A DNA stretch of 64,000 bases from Octopus sinensis (lineage: Eukaryota). The notes under the pieces were generated by a model, which had not been told where the DNA came from, did no database searches, and saw nothing but the letters and a program-made list of their open reading frames with translations. The translations under genes and the position numbers were made by a program. Numbering within the stretch: the first letter of the stretch is position 1; each line of letters opens with the position of its first letter. Positions 1 to 13,511 of the stretch are shown piece by piece. The stretch spans positions 57,288,001 through 57,352,000 of the forward strand of contig NC_043013.1 in assembly GCF_006345805.1 (NCBI RefSeq). The letters run 5' to 3'.

Positions 1-83
1 ACATCTTTAAATATTCTTCAGAATAGATCATATTTGACAGATGACTTAATCAGAGTTTGTACTGATGTTAAAAGGGAATGAAA

Positions 84-290
84 TAAGGCAGAATCGTTAG
101 CATGCCAGGCGAAATGCTTAGCAGTATTTCGTCTGCCGCTACATTCTGAGTTCAAATTCCGCTGAGGTCAACTTTGCCTTTCATCCTTTCGAGGTCAATA
201 AATAAAGTACCAGTTACGCACTGGGGTCGATGTAATTGACTTAATCCATTTGTCTGTCCTTGTCTGTCCCCTTGTGGATAATAAAAAAAA
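84..290 (+). mobile_element. tRNA-derived SINE (octopus-type family)
   Basis: GGCAGAATCGTTAGC...TTCTGAGTTCAAATTCC (B-box-like)...CTTTCATCCTTTCG...AAGTACCAGTT; the same sequence recurs at ~9.7-10.1, 18.1, 39.4 and 40.0-40.4 kb. Confidence 0.8.
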
Positions 291-1038
291 AGTGAATGTA
301 ACAGATTTGGAATGGTTTCAAAGGATTAACAGGCTTACCCAAATTAAATGTCTCATCCTCACCAGTCCCTTGTTTTCTTCTGCTATTTGGTATGTTAACA
401 CTCACCAACACACTTTAACTTCTCTCACAAAGCATGCTCTCTCTCCTCTCTCTCTCCCCTTTTTTTTAACACTTCTCTTTGGCATCTCTTCCTTGAAGTA
501 GGCTGCATTCATACTTCCTCTATTCCATTTGTCTCTTCACTTCTCCTAATGCATCTACATGCTATCCCAGCCAATCCTTTTTCCTCCAAAACATCATCTC
601 TCCAGAATTTCCTCCCTGCATATGTCATTCCTGCAGGTGTTTATTTAAAACAGATTAAATGAAGCATTAATGGCATCAGAGATCTACAAATACCGTGGGC
701 TCTGCCCCTTCCTTAAAACTCAGCAACTGAAAAAACAAAAACAAGGACAACTGATAAACTAAGCAAATACGTTCGCATTTCCTAATGGCCATCCTGAAGG
801 TCTGTGCTTCCACTTGTCATTAATCTCTCAACTATCACAAAACTCTTCATGCTTTCAGTTAATCTCTCTTCTGTCACAGTTGAGCAGAGTTTGTATAGAA
901 CAGGGCAAACTTCTGTTACTTTTCCACCACTTCTCTCTCCACTGAGCCGTGACCTTCTCTCACCTTCCAATTACTTATTACGGGGGGGTCCATTAATAGC
1001 ATTTTCTTACCCTCACCTATTTTTGTTCCTATCCATCA

Positions 1039-1076
<38 letters not shown>

Positions 1077-1077
1077 T
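1039..1077. repeat. (CT)n(CA)n microsatellite
   Basis: Directly visible dinucleotide runs. Confidence 0.9.
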
Positions 1078-1953
1078 AATTTCCTCCTTTCATTGATTCT
1101 GTTCATCCCTTGCCTATCACTCTCTCCCTCCATCTTGCCACTCAGGAAATTTTATGTTGAATACTCTCACCACAACTAACATATAACTGTTGTGTCTGGG
1201 GAGAGTCATATTCTTTTTTTTGTGCTTTATAATATAACACACTCACAGGTAAAATTTCCACTTTTTTCCTTTTTTTATTTTCCTAAAATTTTCGTTGCAT
1301 CTTGCAATATTTTCAATAGTTTTGAAAGGCACAAAAAAAAGAAAAGAAAAGAAAATGACTCTCCCCAGACACAACAGTATATACTTGAACACATGAACTC
1401 GTATAAAGAATCTTGCAAACCAAATCCAAAAACGAAATCCATACATTTAACTGTTTCTCTTTTCTCACTCTGCCTCTTATTCAATGTCTCTTATGTTACC
1501 ATCGATCAACTAAGGAAACATACGGTTGCTGCAATGAGACAACCTCTTTCGTGCTGGTGATAGGATAAAATATATCCATAAACTCTGTAAGCTGCTTGTT
1601 GTTAAGTGGTCTGGGGACCTAGCTATAGAAAACATGGATGAGAGATTTGACCCCCAAAGTCCGTTCGGAAAAGACAGTAAATCCAAATAAGAACTGATTC
1701 AGATCATAAGGTGTTATCCAATCCATGACAATAGGGAAACACGTAGACTTGTAATGAAGAGGAGGTGGTTGAACACGTTTACCTGCACCAATGGAAATAC
1801 ATTCAATCTGTTTTATGTAGAAACTAATGTAAAATTTGTGATTTCAGCATCAAATAAATAGAATTATCTCATTAGACAATATATACAATTACATAGTTAT
1901 TGATATATACATTCATATAATTATATATAATCATATGCATATTTTGTTGTGGC

Positions 1954-1956
<3 letters not shown>

Positions 1957-1988
<32 letters not shown>
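1957..1988. repeat. (TA)n microsatellite near the left end of the Penelope-like element
   Basis: Directly visible. Confidence 0.9.
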
Positions 1989-1992
<4 letters not shown>

Positions 1993-2018
1993 AAGGGTGA
2001 AAAGGAACACACGAGTTG

Positions 2019-2834
2019 ATATATATGAAAAAACAAGTCAAAAATAGAAAATGCTAAAATAATTTTATAGTGAACATTTCAGTACCGGTTTCGGTCATTT
2101 TGAGACCTTTTCAACTGTAACGATTAAATAATTAAATTTAGAAAAATTAGAAGAAAAGTTTTTTTAAAGGAATATTTCTATAGTAGTGTTCAGATATAAG
2201 TGGCATTCTGCCTTTCTCTGACTCCCTTGTTTGCACTTGTGTGTTCCAGGTCGTTGTGAGTTCTTGGTAGGGTAGTAGAGGAAGAGGGCTGGTGAGGAAA
2301 AGGGGGTGGGAGAATCTGGGAGTGCCCTGATGGTCGTATTTTGAATGGTCAGTGGCGGCTGGCAGTCTCAGTTCAATTCAGGAGAATATTTATATTGACA
2401 GGCTTGTTTATAGAATTAGCGTAGGTGTTATACTAAAAAACATTAGTGACAAAGTTAAGGGGTAGGGGTGGAGAAGTAGAAGAAGAAGAAGAAGAAGAAG
2501 AAGAAGAAGAAGAAGAAGGAGAAGGAGAAGGAGAAGATGACGATGATGGTGATGGTGGTGATGATTATGACGACGATGATGATGATAATGATGATGATGA
2601 AGAAGAAGAAGAAGAAGAAGGAGGAGAAGGAGAAGATGGTGGTGATGATGATGACGACGATGATGATGATAATGATGATGATGAAGAAGAAGAGGAAGAA
2701 GAAGAAGAAGAAAAAAAAACAGAGAAGGGAGAATATGAATGGGTGTAAATATAGCTATGAAGGGGCTGATTAGTAATGGATTCTATGGAGTGTAATATTT
2801 GTGTGTGTATATATATTTTTCTTTTATTCTAAAG
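2019..2834 (-). repeat. Left inverted-repeat arm (PLE 3' region/pLTR) with an internal GAA/GAT compound trinucleotide tract
   Basis: Reverse complement of 4063-4880; differences seen are mainly trinucleotide slippage and a few substitutions. Confidence 0.93.
2075..2122 (-). ncRNA. Minimal type I hammerhead ribozyme (U3-A8 core variant), left copy
   Basis: Exact reverse complement of 4777-4824. Confidence 0.75.
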
Positions 2835-2844
2835 TTGAGGTATA

Positions 2845-4049
2845 TTAATTGTTTGTCGTAGACCCGTTAAGAAGTGGCTTGTATTTTGTTATAAAGAGAT
2901 TTTCTTTACTTATTCGTTGTCTCGAGGTTGTATCGTCCCTAAATTGGTAGAGGGGGAAAATTCTGAAGTTTGGTGTTTTTTTTTTGGCGCAAGTATCTAT
3001 GTGTTGGCTAAAAGCTATTTTTCTGTTTTGGGGAATTTTTATCTGGGATCTGTGCAGGGCCATTCGTTTACGCAAACCATTTTTGTTTAGCCTATGTACT
3101 GCTCTTGACACCCGGAGCAGGTTAGTGAGTATATTAGGTTCTCCGAACCACATGTGAAGTTGCTTTTCACTGTAAACCGTTGTCCCTGTTTGAAGGAGAA
3201 CTCTGATCCCTCAATAAGATAGTCGCATATCCCGCAATTGGGTCTTCCACATATTTTTACTGTCGGCTTCTGTGTTGAAGAGTGAATTCGGGCTTGTGTA
3301 AGGAGACTTTTCATGGATCTAGGCTGTCTTTTGCATTTTATGATCGTGTGTGTTTGGAGGATTGTGTTCATTCTGTGGTCTTTTTTTAGGAGGGGTATGT
3401 TGTGGAGGATGGTGTCGAAGGCTTCGTTATTGAGAGGGTTGTGTGTGGAGATGTATGGTAAGGCTTTTGGTTGTAAGTTTTTCTTGGATTTGGGATGTCT
3501 CAGTTCCTTGATGTTAAGTTGAAGGGCACGTTGAATGCACTTGTCAATAAGTGAAGGTGGATAGTTCCTGGTGATTAGGGTATCTTTTAGTTCTTGTAGT
3601 CGTGTGTCTCTGGTGTTTGCGTTAGAGACTATAGTGCATATCCTTTTTGCTAGATTGAAGGGGATATTTATCCTGGTGTGTCTGGGGTGGCATGAATTGA
3701 ATGGAAGATATTGCTTAGAGTCTGTAGGCTTATAGTATATGTCTGTTTCTATTATATTATTAGCTTTCTTAATGAGGATATCGAGGAAGGGGAGTTGTTG
3801 TTGGCTATATTCCATCGTGAATTGGATGTTTACGTCCAGTCCGTTTAAAATTTTCTGGAATTCTATGAGTTTTTCTATATTTTTATGCCAAAGGATGAAA
3901 CAGTCATCTAGATATCTCTTCCAGTTGTTTTCTATGTAGATGGAGAAAGGGCTGCCATATCTTTCTAGAACCTTACGATACAGACTGATCTCTAGGTATC
4001 CTATGACTAGGTTGGCAAAGGAGGGGGCCATTCGTGTACCCATCGCAGT
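2845..4049 (-). pseudogene. PLE reverse transcriptase (C-terminal part) + GIY-YIG endonuclease, disrupted
   Basis: TAMGTRMAPSFAN and WKRYLDDCF RT motifs, HPRHTRINIPFNLAKRI thumb region, CGRPNCGIC cysteine motif, NLIYSLTCSGCQEQYIG GIY-YIG motif. A TAA stop plus 1-nt frameshift at ~3085 leads into KNGLRKRMALHR...KENLFITKYKPLLN. Confidence 0.9.
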
Positions 4050-4062
4050 ACATTATTTTATT

Positions 4063-4985
<923 letters not shown>

Positions 4986-5841
4986 ATTCATATATTTTTA
5001 CATATAATTATTTTTATGTAATATAATAGTATATATTTATATTCAATGTTAATTAAATTTGAAAATTCATCCAAACTATAATTGTAAATATTGGAGAAAT
5101 CTGAAAAAAGAAAAAAAAATAGATGAACTCCTTTTAAGATTCGTTAAAGCTGCCATAAAAGCATCCATTCCTAATGATCCTGTTTCAAACCATTTTGAAC
5201 AAAAAACTTATGAAAGGTGTTCATTCATGTTTAGAGTAACAAATGTGATCTTGAAATTAATGATAGCAGAAACAGGTGTGATGAGTGTTTCGGGATTAGA
5301 AAAGTGCTTTAGAAGAATTGGTTGTAACAATGGTAATGGCTTTAATCATAACAATAGATTCTGTGAATTAGTGCTGGTGAACAAGTTGGAGAAGTTTGAA
5401 AGGAAGATGGCAGACTGTGGAATACGGTTTGGTTTGAGGCTTCTGGAGATTTATTTAGCAATATTTGTTTTGATGTTTCATACGAGAGAGGATGAAGAGA
5501 GAGAGAGAGAGAGAAAAGGAAAATGAGAGAGTGAGAAAGAAAAACGGTTGAGAGTGAGTGAGGTGAGAGAAGTAGAAAGAAGAAGTAGACAAAGAGTGAA
5601 AGGTGAGAGAATGAAGGAGGGTGAAAGAGTTCAAGAGGGTGAGAGAGTGAAAGAGAGTGAGAGGGTGAATGAAATGGATATGGAAGAGTGTGTAAAACCG
5701 ATTTCACAATAAATTCCAACAATGAAAATCCCTTTACTCTTATTATTCATTTTGGCCAACTATCTATACAAAACTTCTTCTTTTCCGATGCATCAACTAC
5801 CGTTTCCCTTACCTGGTGGTCATTGTGGAAGTTAGGGATGT

Positions 5842-7635
5842 ATGTTGGGGAGAGCCGTAGAAGCCATATACCGGGATGCAGCCAGCAATGTGTCTAGCGA
5901 TGAATATAGTGTACAGGTAGGAGTTCATCAAGGATCAGTTTTCAGCCTCCTCTTATTTTTCATAGTCCTCCATGCCATAACAGTGAAATTTAAGTCTGGT
6001 TGCCCTTGGGAGCACCTCTATTCTGATGACCTTCTTCATAGAACTGAATCTCTACAAGAACTGGAGAAGAAATTTCATGTGTGGAAGCAAGGACTGGAAT
6101 GAACAGGACTTAGGGTTGATCTTGCAGTAACCAAAGTCTTAGTAAGTAGGAAAGCAGACAAATTACTAACCTCTTCAGGGAAATGACCCCTGCTCAATGT
6201 GGGAAAGGTGTAGCTAGAAATTCCTTATGGTGTATCCGGTGCAAGCTATGGACACATAATAGGTGCAACATTATCACAGGTAACAGCAAACAGAGACTTT
6301 GTGCGTGTCAGATGTGCAGGTACAATCAACACAAGGAATGTAGACTGTCTCAAATGTCTGCCAGAGTGGGGAGTCCTCAGAGGAAGCAGATAGTTTTCAG
6401 TTGCTAGACGACCAAATTAGCAGCAGTGGAGGTTGCTCTGAATATGTAATTGGGATAATTAACAACAGGCTGGGCAAAAGTTCAGAGAAGTGTCACTCCT
6501 TCAGGGTGAAAGTCAGATTGAATGATGCCTGTATATGGACATCTGTACTACATGGCAACAAAAGATGGCAGTATGGTCTGTAACTGCAGGCAACAAGTGA
6601 AGACATGAAAGAAATGAAAATAGAAACATGCTCCACTGGATGTACAACAGAGTGTAAATGTTTTAAGAGAAAAATTGGGTGTAAGAGACATTAGATGTTG
6701 TGCGTATGAGAGAAGAGTGTGCTGGTATGGCCTTGTGATGCATATTGATGAGAACAGCTTCATAAGTGATGATCTCTAACAGTGGAGGGAACCTGTGGAG
6801 GGAACTTGTGGAGGAGGTAGATCCAGGAAGCTATGAAAGGAAGTGGTGGAAAAGGATCTTCTGATGTTGAGTTTCATTGAGGAGATGACAAGGGACTGAG
6901 ATTTCTGGTGATTTGCTGTGCTTGAGAATACACATCATGCTAAGTAAAATCATGCAGGCATCTCCTGTATGGCCATTCCCCCATCACATACACACCATCT
7001 GTCCTCTGTCAACCCCCTTCAAACCATCTTCCCAACACACCTCTATCACACCACACATGATCACCATATATTCTACATCTGCCTCTACTCTCCCTTACAT
7101 GTCTACCTGTAGACTCTCCACCTCCTCACACATCTACCATATTCCACTTCCAACCACTTTATTTCATCTCACCTCCACTTACTTCTTTCCCAACTTTAAA
7201 CAACTCTCATGGGACATACTCTTCTACCCCCTCCATATACTCCTCACTACTCTTCCACCATTTAGTTCTATTTACCTATCTATCTATCTATCTAACTCAA
7301 TCTCTTCCTCTCCTTTCTTGGGTAGCATAGTATCTCCTCCATCCTGTCAACACTATTTCTGTCCCTCTGCTATTCTAAAACTAGTACAAAGCCACCTCCC
7401 TTTGTTCCACTCCCTCTCCCAGCTGAGAGGCATTCATCCTACAAGATGCTTGGTAACCCTGCTGTTGTTGGCGTCATGGAAAAAGCACCCACTAAACTCT
7501 GTAATGGGGTTGGCATTAGAAAGGGCATCCAATCATAGAAACCATGCCAAAACAGATGACTGGAGCCTAGTGCAGTTGTTTGGCTTGCTTAACTCTTATG
7601 AAACTCTCCAACCAATCCCAGCATGGAAGATGGAT
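5842..7635 (+). mobile_element. Decayed RTE-clade LINE, 3' half with pyrimidine-rich 3' region and tail
   Basis: VGVHQGSVFSLLLF...GCPWEHLYSDDL RT motifs, then frameshifted thumb-region remnants; the tail AGGGCATCC...CCAGCATGGAAG is shared with other copies in the window. Confidence 0.8.
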
Positions 7636-7654
7636 ATTATCATTATTATTATTA

Positions 7655-8172
7655 TTTACTCTTTTTATCTCATGTTTTGTTCTAACTCCTGGAATCTTGC
7701 ATGCTACGGTACCATGCTATCTGTTCTTTTCACTTACCTAATACTTTCCACATTACTCTGGCCATGCCAAGGAGGCAGACCTTTTGCAACAGTTCTACTG
7801 GACACTCTACTCCGACTTCCTTTATATTCCTCTTGATGCCTCCTTATACCGTTCTCAAGGACCCAACAATAATTGGCATTATCTTCACCTCCTGCATTTT
7901 CCATAGGTGGGTTATTTTGTAAATAAGAGATATGTATCTATCTATCTTTTTGCCTTCCTTCTTGACTTTTTGTGGGTCAAAGGGGCATACAACATCAACT
8001 ATATAGCATATGTAGTGCATCTTGTCCACTACCACTATGTCTGGACTGTTTGGATTGGGAAATCCCAGCAGATTTTGCTAGTCTCTGACTCTGCCACTCA
8101 CTGTGAACTGTGCTTATACCACGTCCTGCTTCTCTCTAGCTACCACTTTTCACACAGTTTCCAATGTAGCAC
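7655..8172 (-). mobile_element. R4/Dong-type RLE LINE, 5'-truncated copy A (endonuclease C-terminus + 3' UTR)
   Basis: WDFPIQT..., VVDKMHYICYIVDVVCPFD, VKIMPIIVGSLRTV, ECPVELLQKVCLLG; ATT tracts on both sides. Confidence 0.75.
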
Positions 8173-9449
<1,277 letters not shown>

Positions 9450-9534
<85 letters not shown>

Positions 9535-9540
9535 TTTATT
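9450..9540. repeat. (ATT)n microsatellite
   Basis: Directly visible. Confidence 0.95.
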
Positions 9541-9734
9541 AAGCAATAAGAAGAGCTTAATATGATTTGTAATAGAGACTGACACAGTTTATTGAATAGT
9601 TTAATAATGAAAGTCAGTTCAATAAACACTCAATCTCTATTTATTACAAATCGTATCGTACTCTTCTTATTGATTATTTACCTTCAGGAAAAGTTACTTG
9701 AAGCTTCATAAATTATTATTATTATTGTTATTAA

Positions 9735-10135
9735 TAAGGCAGCAAGCTGGCAGAATGATTAGCAAGGTCGGGCAAAGTGCTTAGTGGCATTTCATCCATC
9801 TTTATGCCCTGAGTTCAAATTTTGTCAATGTAGATAAAATAAGTAGCGGTTGAGTAGTGAGGTTGGCATAATGCCTTTACTCTTTCCTCAAAACTGCTGG
9901 TCTTGTGTCAAATTTTGAAACCATCATCCTCATCATTAGTATTATTGTTGATAAGGCAGCAAACTGGGCAATATGCTTAGTGGTATTTCTCCCATCGCTA
10001 TGTTCTAAGTTCAAATTCCACTGAGGTTGACTTTGCTTTTCATCCATTCAGGGTTGATAAAATAAGTACCAGTTGCCTACTGGTATCGATGTAATTAACT
10101 ATCCCCTTCCCCCAAAATTTCCTGTGCCTATGAGA
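9735..10135 (+). mobile_element. Two diverged SINE copies in tandem (same family as 84-290)
   Basis: TAAGGCAGCAA..CTGG heads, GAGTTCAAATT B-box-like motif and GATAAAATAAGTA(C/G) core in both copies. Confidence 0.7.
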
Positions 10136-10141
10136 GAAGGG

Positions 10142-10200
<59 letters not shown>

Positions 10201-10240
10201 CATTATTACTATTATTATTATTTTTTTTATTATTATTATT
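10142..10240. repeat. (ATT)n microsatellite
   Basis: Directly visible. Confidence 0.95.
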
Positions 10241-10500
10241 AAGAGAGCAGAGCATGCCATCAAATTGACACTGGGGTAAAATATACGAAGCCTAGTATAC
10301 CCATCATGACTACCTGTCTGATAAGGGTACACCAGGCACATGCTTCACAACAATATGTGTGTGAAATGGTGATCCCATGTGAAGATAAACAGTACATGAC
10401 CTTGCAGGTGGAGCCCAGTTAGAATTTTCTTCAGATCAAGTAGCCCATCGCACTTGAATGGTCCTTGAATAAGGATTGTTTAAGGATGTTGAGCAAAACA

Positions 10501-12027
10501 TTATTTCTTCTTTTTCTTCTTCTTCCACAGTGATCTTGTTATCCCTGGGGCATGCTATGTTGATTAACATACTTGTTCTTTTTTTTTATTCACCACAACA
10601 ATGTCCAATGTCCAGTTTCCTAAGTCTGGTCAGGTGATCCCACACAATTTTGCAATTCTCATTCTTGGTGACTTCTTCTGGGGTTTTCTCATGCTACATC
10701 TTTGCTCTTTATTGGCCGTTATTTTGAAGGAGCCCCCAATGGATCATTCTTACCACATTGTCATGGTATCTTTCGTGTTATGTGCCAATTTTGTCATGTG
10801 CCATGCCGTGTTCTGTGCCAATTTTGTCATGTGCCATCCCTCTCACCACACATTCTGCATTTGTCACTGTCAGAAGTGTTGTGTATTCTGCACTTAACAT
10901 AATTGGTCCTTATTGCTTGTTCTTCAGCTGTGCAAATGATTGCTTCCCTCTCTATCTTCAGCTCACTCCTCCTCATCCATAGCCAACAGTCCTCTGCATC
11001 CGTCTTGGTGTTCACATCCCTTGCAAACTGAATGTACATTTTTTTCTTTCCATGCTTTTTTGTGTTCATTTCTTGTTTAAATATTTCTTTCATTACACAA
11101 TTTTTATTTTTGATGATGCCAGCCTTCTTTGAGTGTTTCAACAATGGCTCCACAGCATTTTTTTATATACCCCCTTAAGCTGTTTTCCTGTTTCGACACA
11201 GTCCTCACAACTGATCAAATCTCTCTTACCCTTCTGGGCAAGTACAGCCTATTGGTGTTACTCTTAGGGTGGAAAGCTCCATGTACTGTCAACATTTTTC
11301 TGGTCTTAGTATCCATTTTCTTCACTTCTCTCTTTTGTCATTTTATAATTCCCCATTCCATACCAAAGCAATGCTATCACCCATGCATTAACTGCTTGGA
11401 TTTTATTCCATCCAGTAAATTTTGAGCACAACACCAGCCTCAGTCTTCGGAAATACTCCATCCTTAGTTGCTCTTTCATTTCCTTTTCCATTATCTCGTT
11501 ACACTCTAGTACACCAAAGTATTTGTAGCCTTCCATTTCAATTTGTTTAATCAAGTCTCTGTTTGGTAATTCTAACCCTACTAGGGACTGTACCTTGCCT
11601 CTTTTTAGGTATATTATTCTGCACTTCCTGTGTCCAAATTCTATTTTCATATCAATACTAAACCAGTGGACTGTTCACCAAGGAACTCGCATGTGTCTCC
11701 TCTTTGCCATACACTTTCAAATCATCTATGAAGAGTCGATGGTTGATTGTTTGGGATTTTCCATTTAGATGGTGCCCCAGGTTCATCATTTTCCTGAGTA
11801 CCAAGGTCAGGAGTATCATGCAGAGAACAAAAAGGAATGGGGATAAGCTATCACCCTGGAAAATTTCTATTCTGATACTGGGGCCCCAAGCTTTTTCTGT
11901 ATGATGTCAATTCAGTTTTGCACCCCACCGTACTTCTCTTCAGAAAACACTTTGCATTCCTCACAATTCCAAACAGATCTAAGCACTCAATGGTCTACAA
12001 ATGTAGAATGATATCATAAGCTTTGCA
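10501..12027 (-). mobile_element. R4/Dong-type RLE LINE, truncated decayed copy C
   Basis: KAYD..., IFQGDSLSPFLF...RLFIDDLK RT motifs, EGYKYFGVLE, QAIRTNYVK...KCRMCGE zinc knuckle, DIVVV endonuclease remnant; contains a 33-bp tandem duplication at 10774-10839. Confidence 0.8.
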
Positions 12028-12059
<32 letters not shown>

Positions 12060-12079
12060 CATCCTCATCATTACTATTA

Positions 12080-12407
12080 CGATAGACGTCGGACAGTATA
12101 CAATATCATGAGGTTGTTGATTGAAGATGTAATGTCTCCTGGGGGTTTGTACTGTTTGTCAAGTCACAACAAGGACCTCAGACAAACAGTACTTTATGCA
12201 ATATGTGTACAGTTCTATGTAACACCAATATTTGCAATACACCTAGATTGTAGCTTATTTCTAAAATTCCCAGATGTTTCTTCAGGTTGGGTGGTATTTA
12301 ACCCAATGCTCTGATGACAATAGGGGCAACTTCTATGTGTGACTCACATAGCTGCCACATCTTTGTGATCTCAATTTTCAGGTCCCCATATTTATCAATC
12401 TTTCCTC

Positions 12408-12411
<4 letters not shown>
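12080..12411 (-). mobile_element. R4/Dong-type RLE LINE, short 3' copy D
   Basis: KIDKYGDLKIEITKMWQL...VAPIVIRALG...HILHKVL plus 3' UTR; lies between ATT tracts at 12028-12079 and 12412-12490. Confidence 0.75.

Positions 12412-12490
<79 letters not shown>
12412..12490. repeat. (ATT)n microsatellite
   Basis: Directly visible. Confidence 0.95.
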
Positions 12491-12599
12491 CATTTTGTTT
12501 TTATTTATTTTGCTTGTATTTATCTATTTTTTTCTACTTTTAATCTGCATCTTTGTTACATTCACTTGCCAAGACACACCCAGTGCCCTGGGGCGAGTG

Positions 12600-13140
12600 A
12601 AGGATAAGTGATGTTACAGTATCGCTGAAAGCTTGGAGAGAGAAGGTAGTGAAATATCTTCATGTAATACAATTCAGACATTTAAATAGATAGGGTTTTT
12701 CTAAGGATGTGGGTAGAACTTGTCAGACAATCTTTTGGATTTCTCTGAGACATGGTTCCTCTGGGATATGTAGATGTTTCTGACATCCCTTTTTTATCAT
12801 ACTTAGGGCACCAACAATATCAGGAACAGTTCTCATTTTAAGATGCTACAGCTTTTGTTTTTCAATTTCCAGGTCTTTATATTTACTTAGTTTCTCAAAT
12901 TCCTTGACAAATATATTTTCATCAGTGGGAACACTTACATCTATTAGTTTATAAATATTTTTTCTCTGTCTTTAATGACTATGTCTGGTCAAGTAGCCTG
13001 GATCGTTCTGTCAGTGTTGACTGGAAAATCCCAGAGGATAGTGGCATTTTTACTTTCAACGTCTGGCTCAGGATGATGTTCATACCAGTAAGCAGGAGTG
13101 CTGATTTTGTGGTGTTTAATATTCTCCAATGTGTGATGGA
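12600..13140 (-). mobile_element. R4/Dong-type RLE LINE, 3' copy E
   Basis: WYEHHPEP...ATILWDFPVNTDRTIQA*PDIVIKD...LIDVSVPTDENI..KEFEKLSKYKDLEIE. Confidence 0.75.
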
Positions 13141-13511
13141 AGGAAACTTCACAACTGTGGGAAAAGTTCTGTTAAAGCAAAGGTACTAAAAACAACTGGA
13201 AAGATTTTTGTTGTGTAATTTCTTTCTTAAATGCACAATATCTCAGTGCAATATAGGTGAGTAGTCTAATGCAGCACCAGGAAACCTGGAAAAACACCAC
13301 TTACACAGCAAGTACATAATTTGAACAGTCACCTATATATGCAACTGTCCATGCATCCATGTACACATGTTAATATTTATGAGCAACAGAAATAATGCCT
13401 ACATGACACACATGTACAAACACAGAAAATAAAAGAATCATCATCATCATCATCATAATTCTTGTTGTTGTTGCTGTTGTTATTATTATCATTATTATTA
13501 TTATTATTATT

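Noticed and set aside
2446-2773. Acidic E/D-rich ORF and its mirror at 4124-4451
   Set aside because: Translation of GAA/GAT trinucleotide tracts inside the PLE inverted repeats, antisense to the element.
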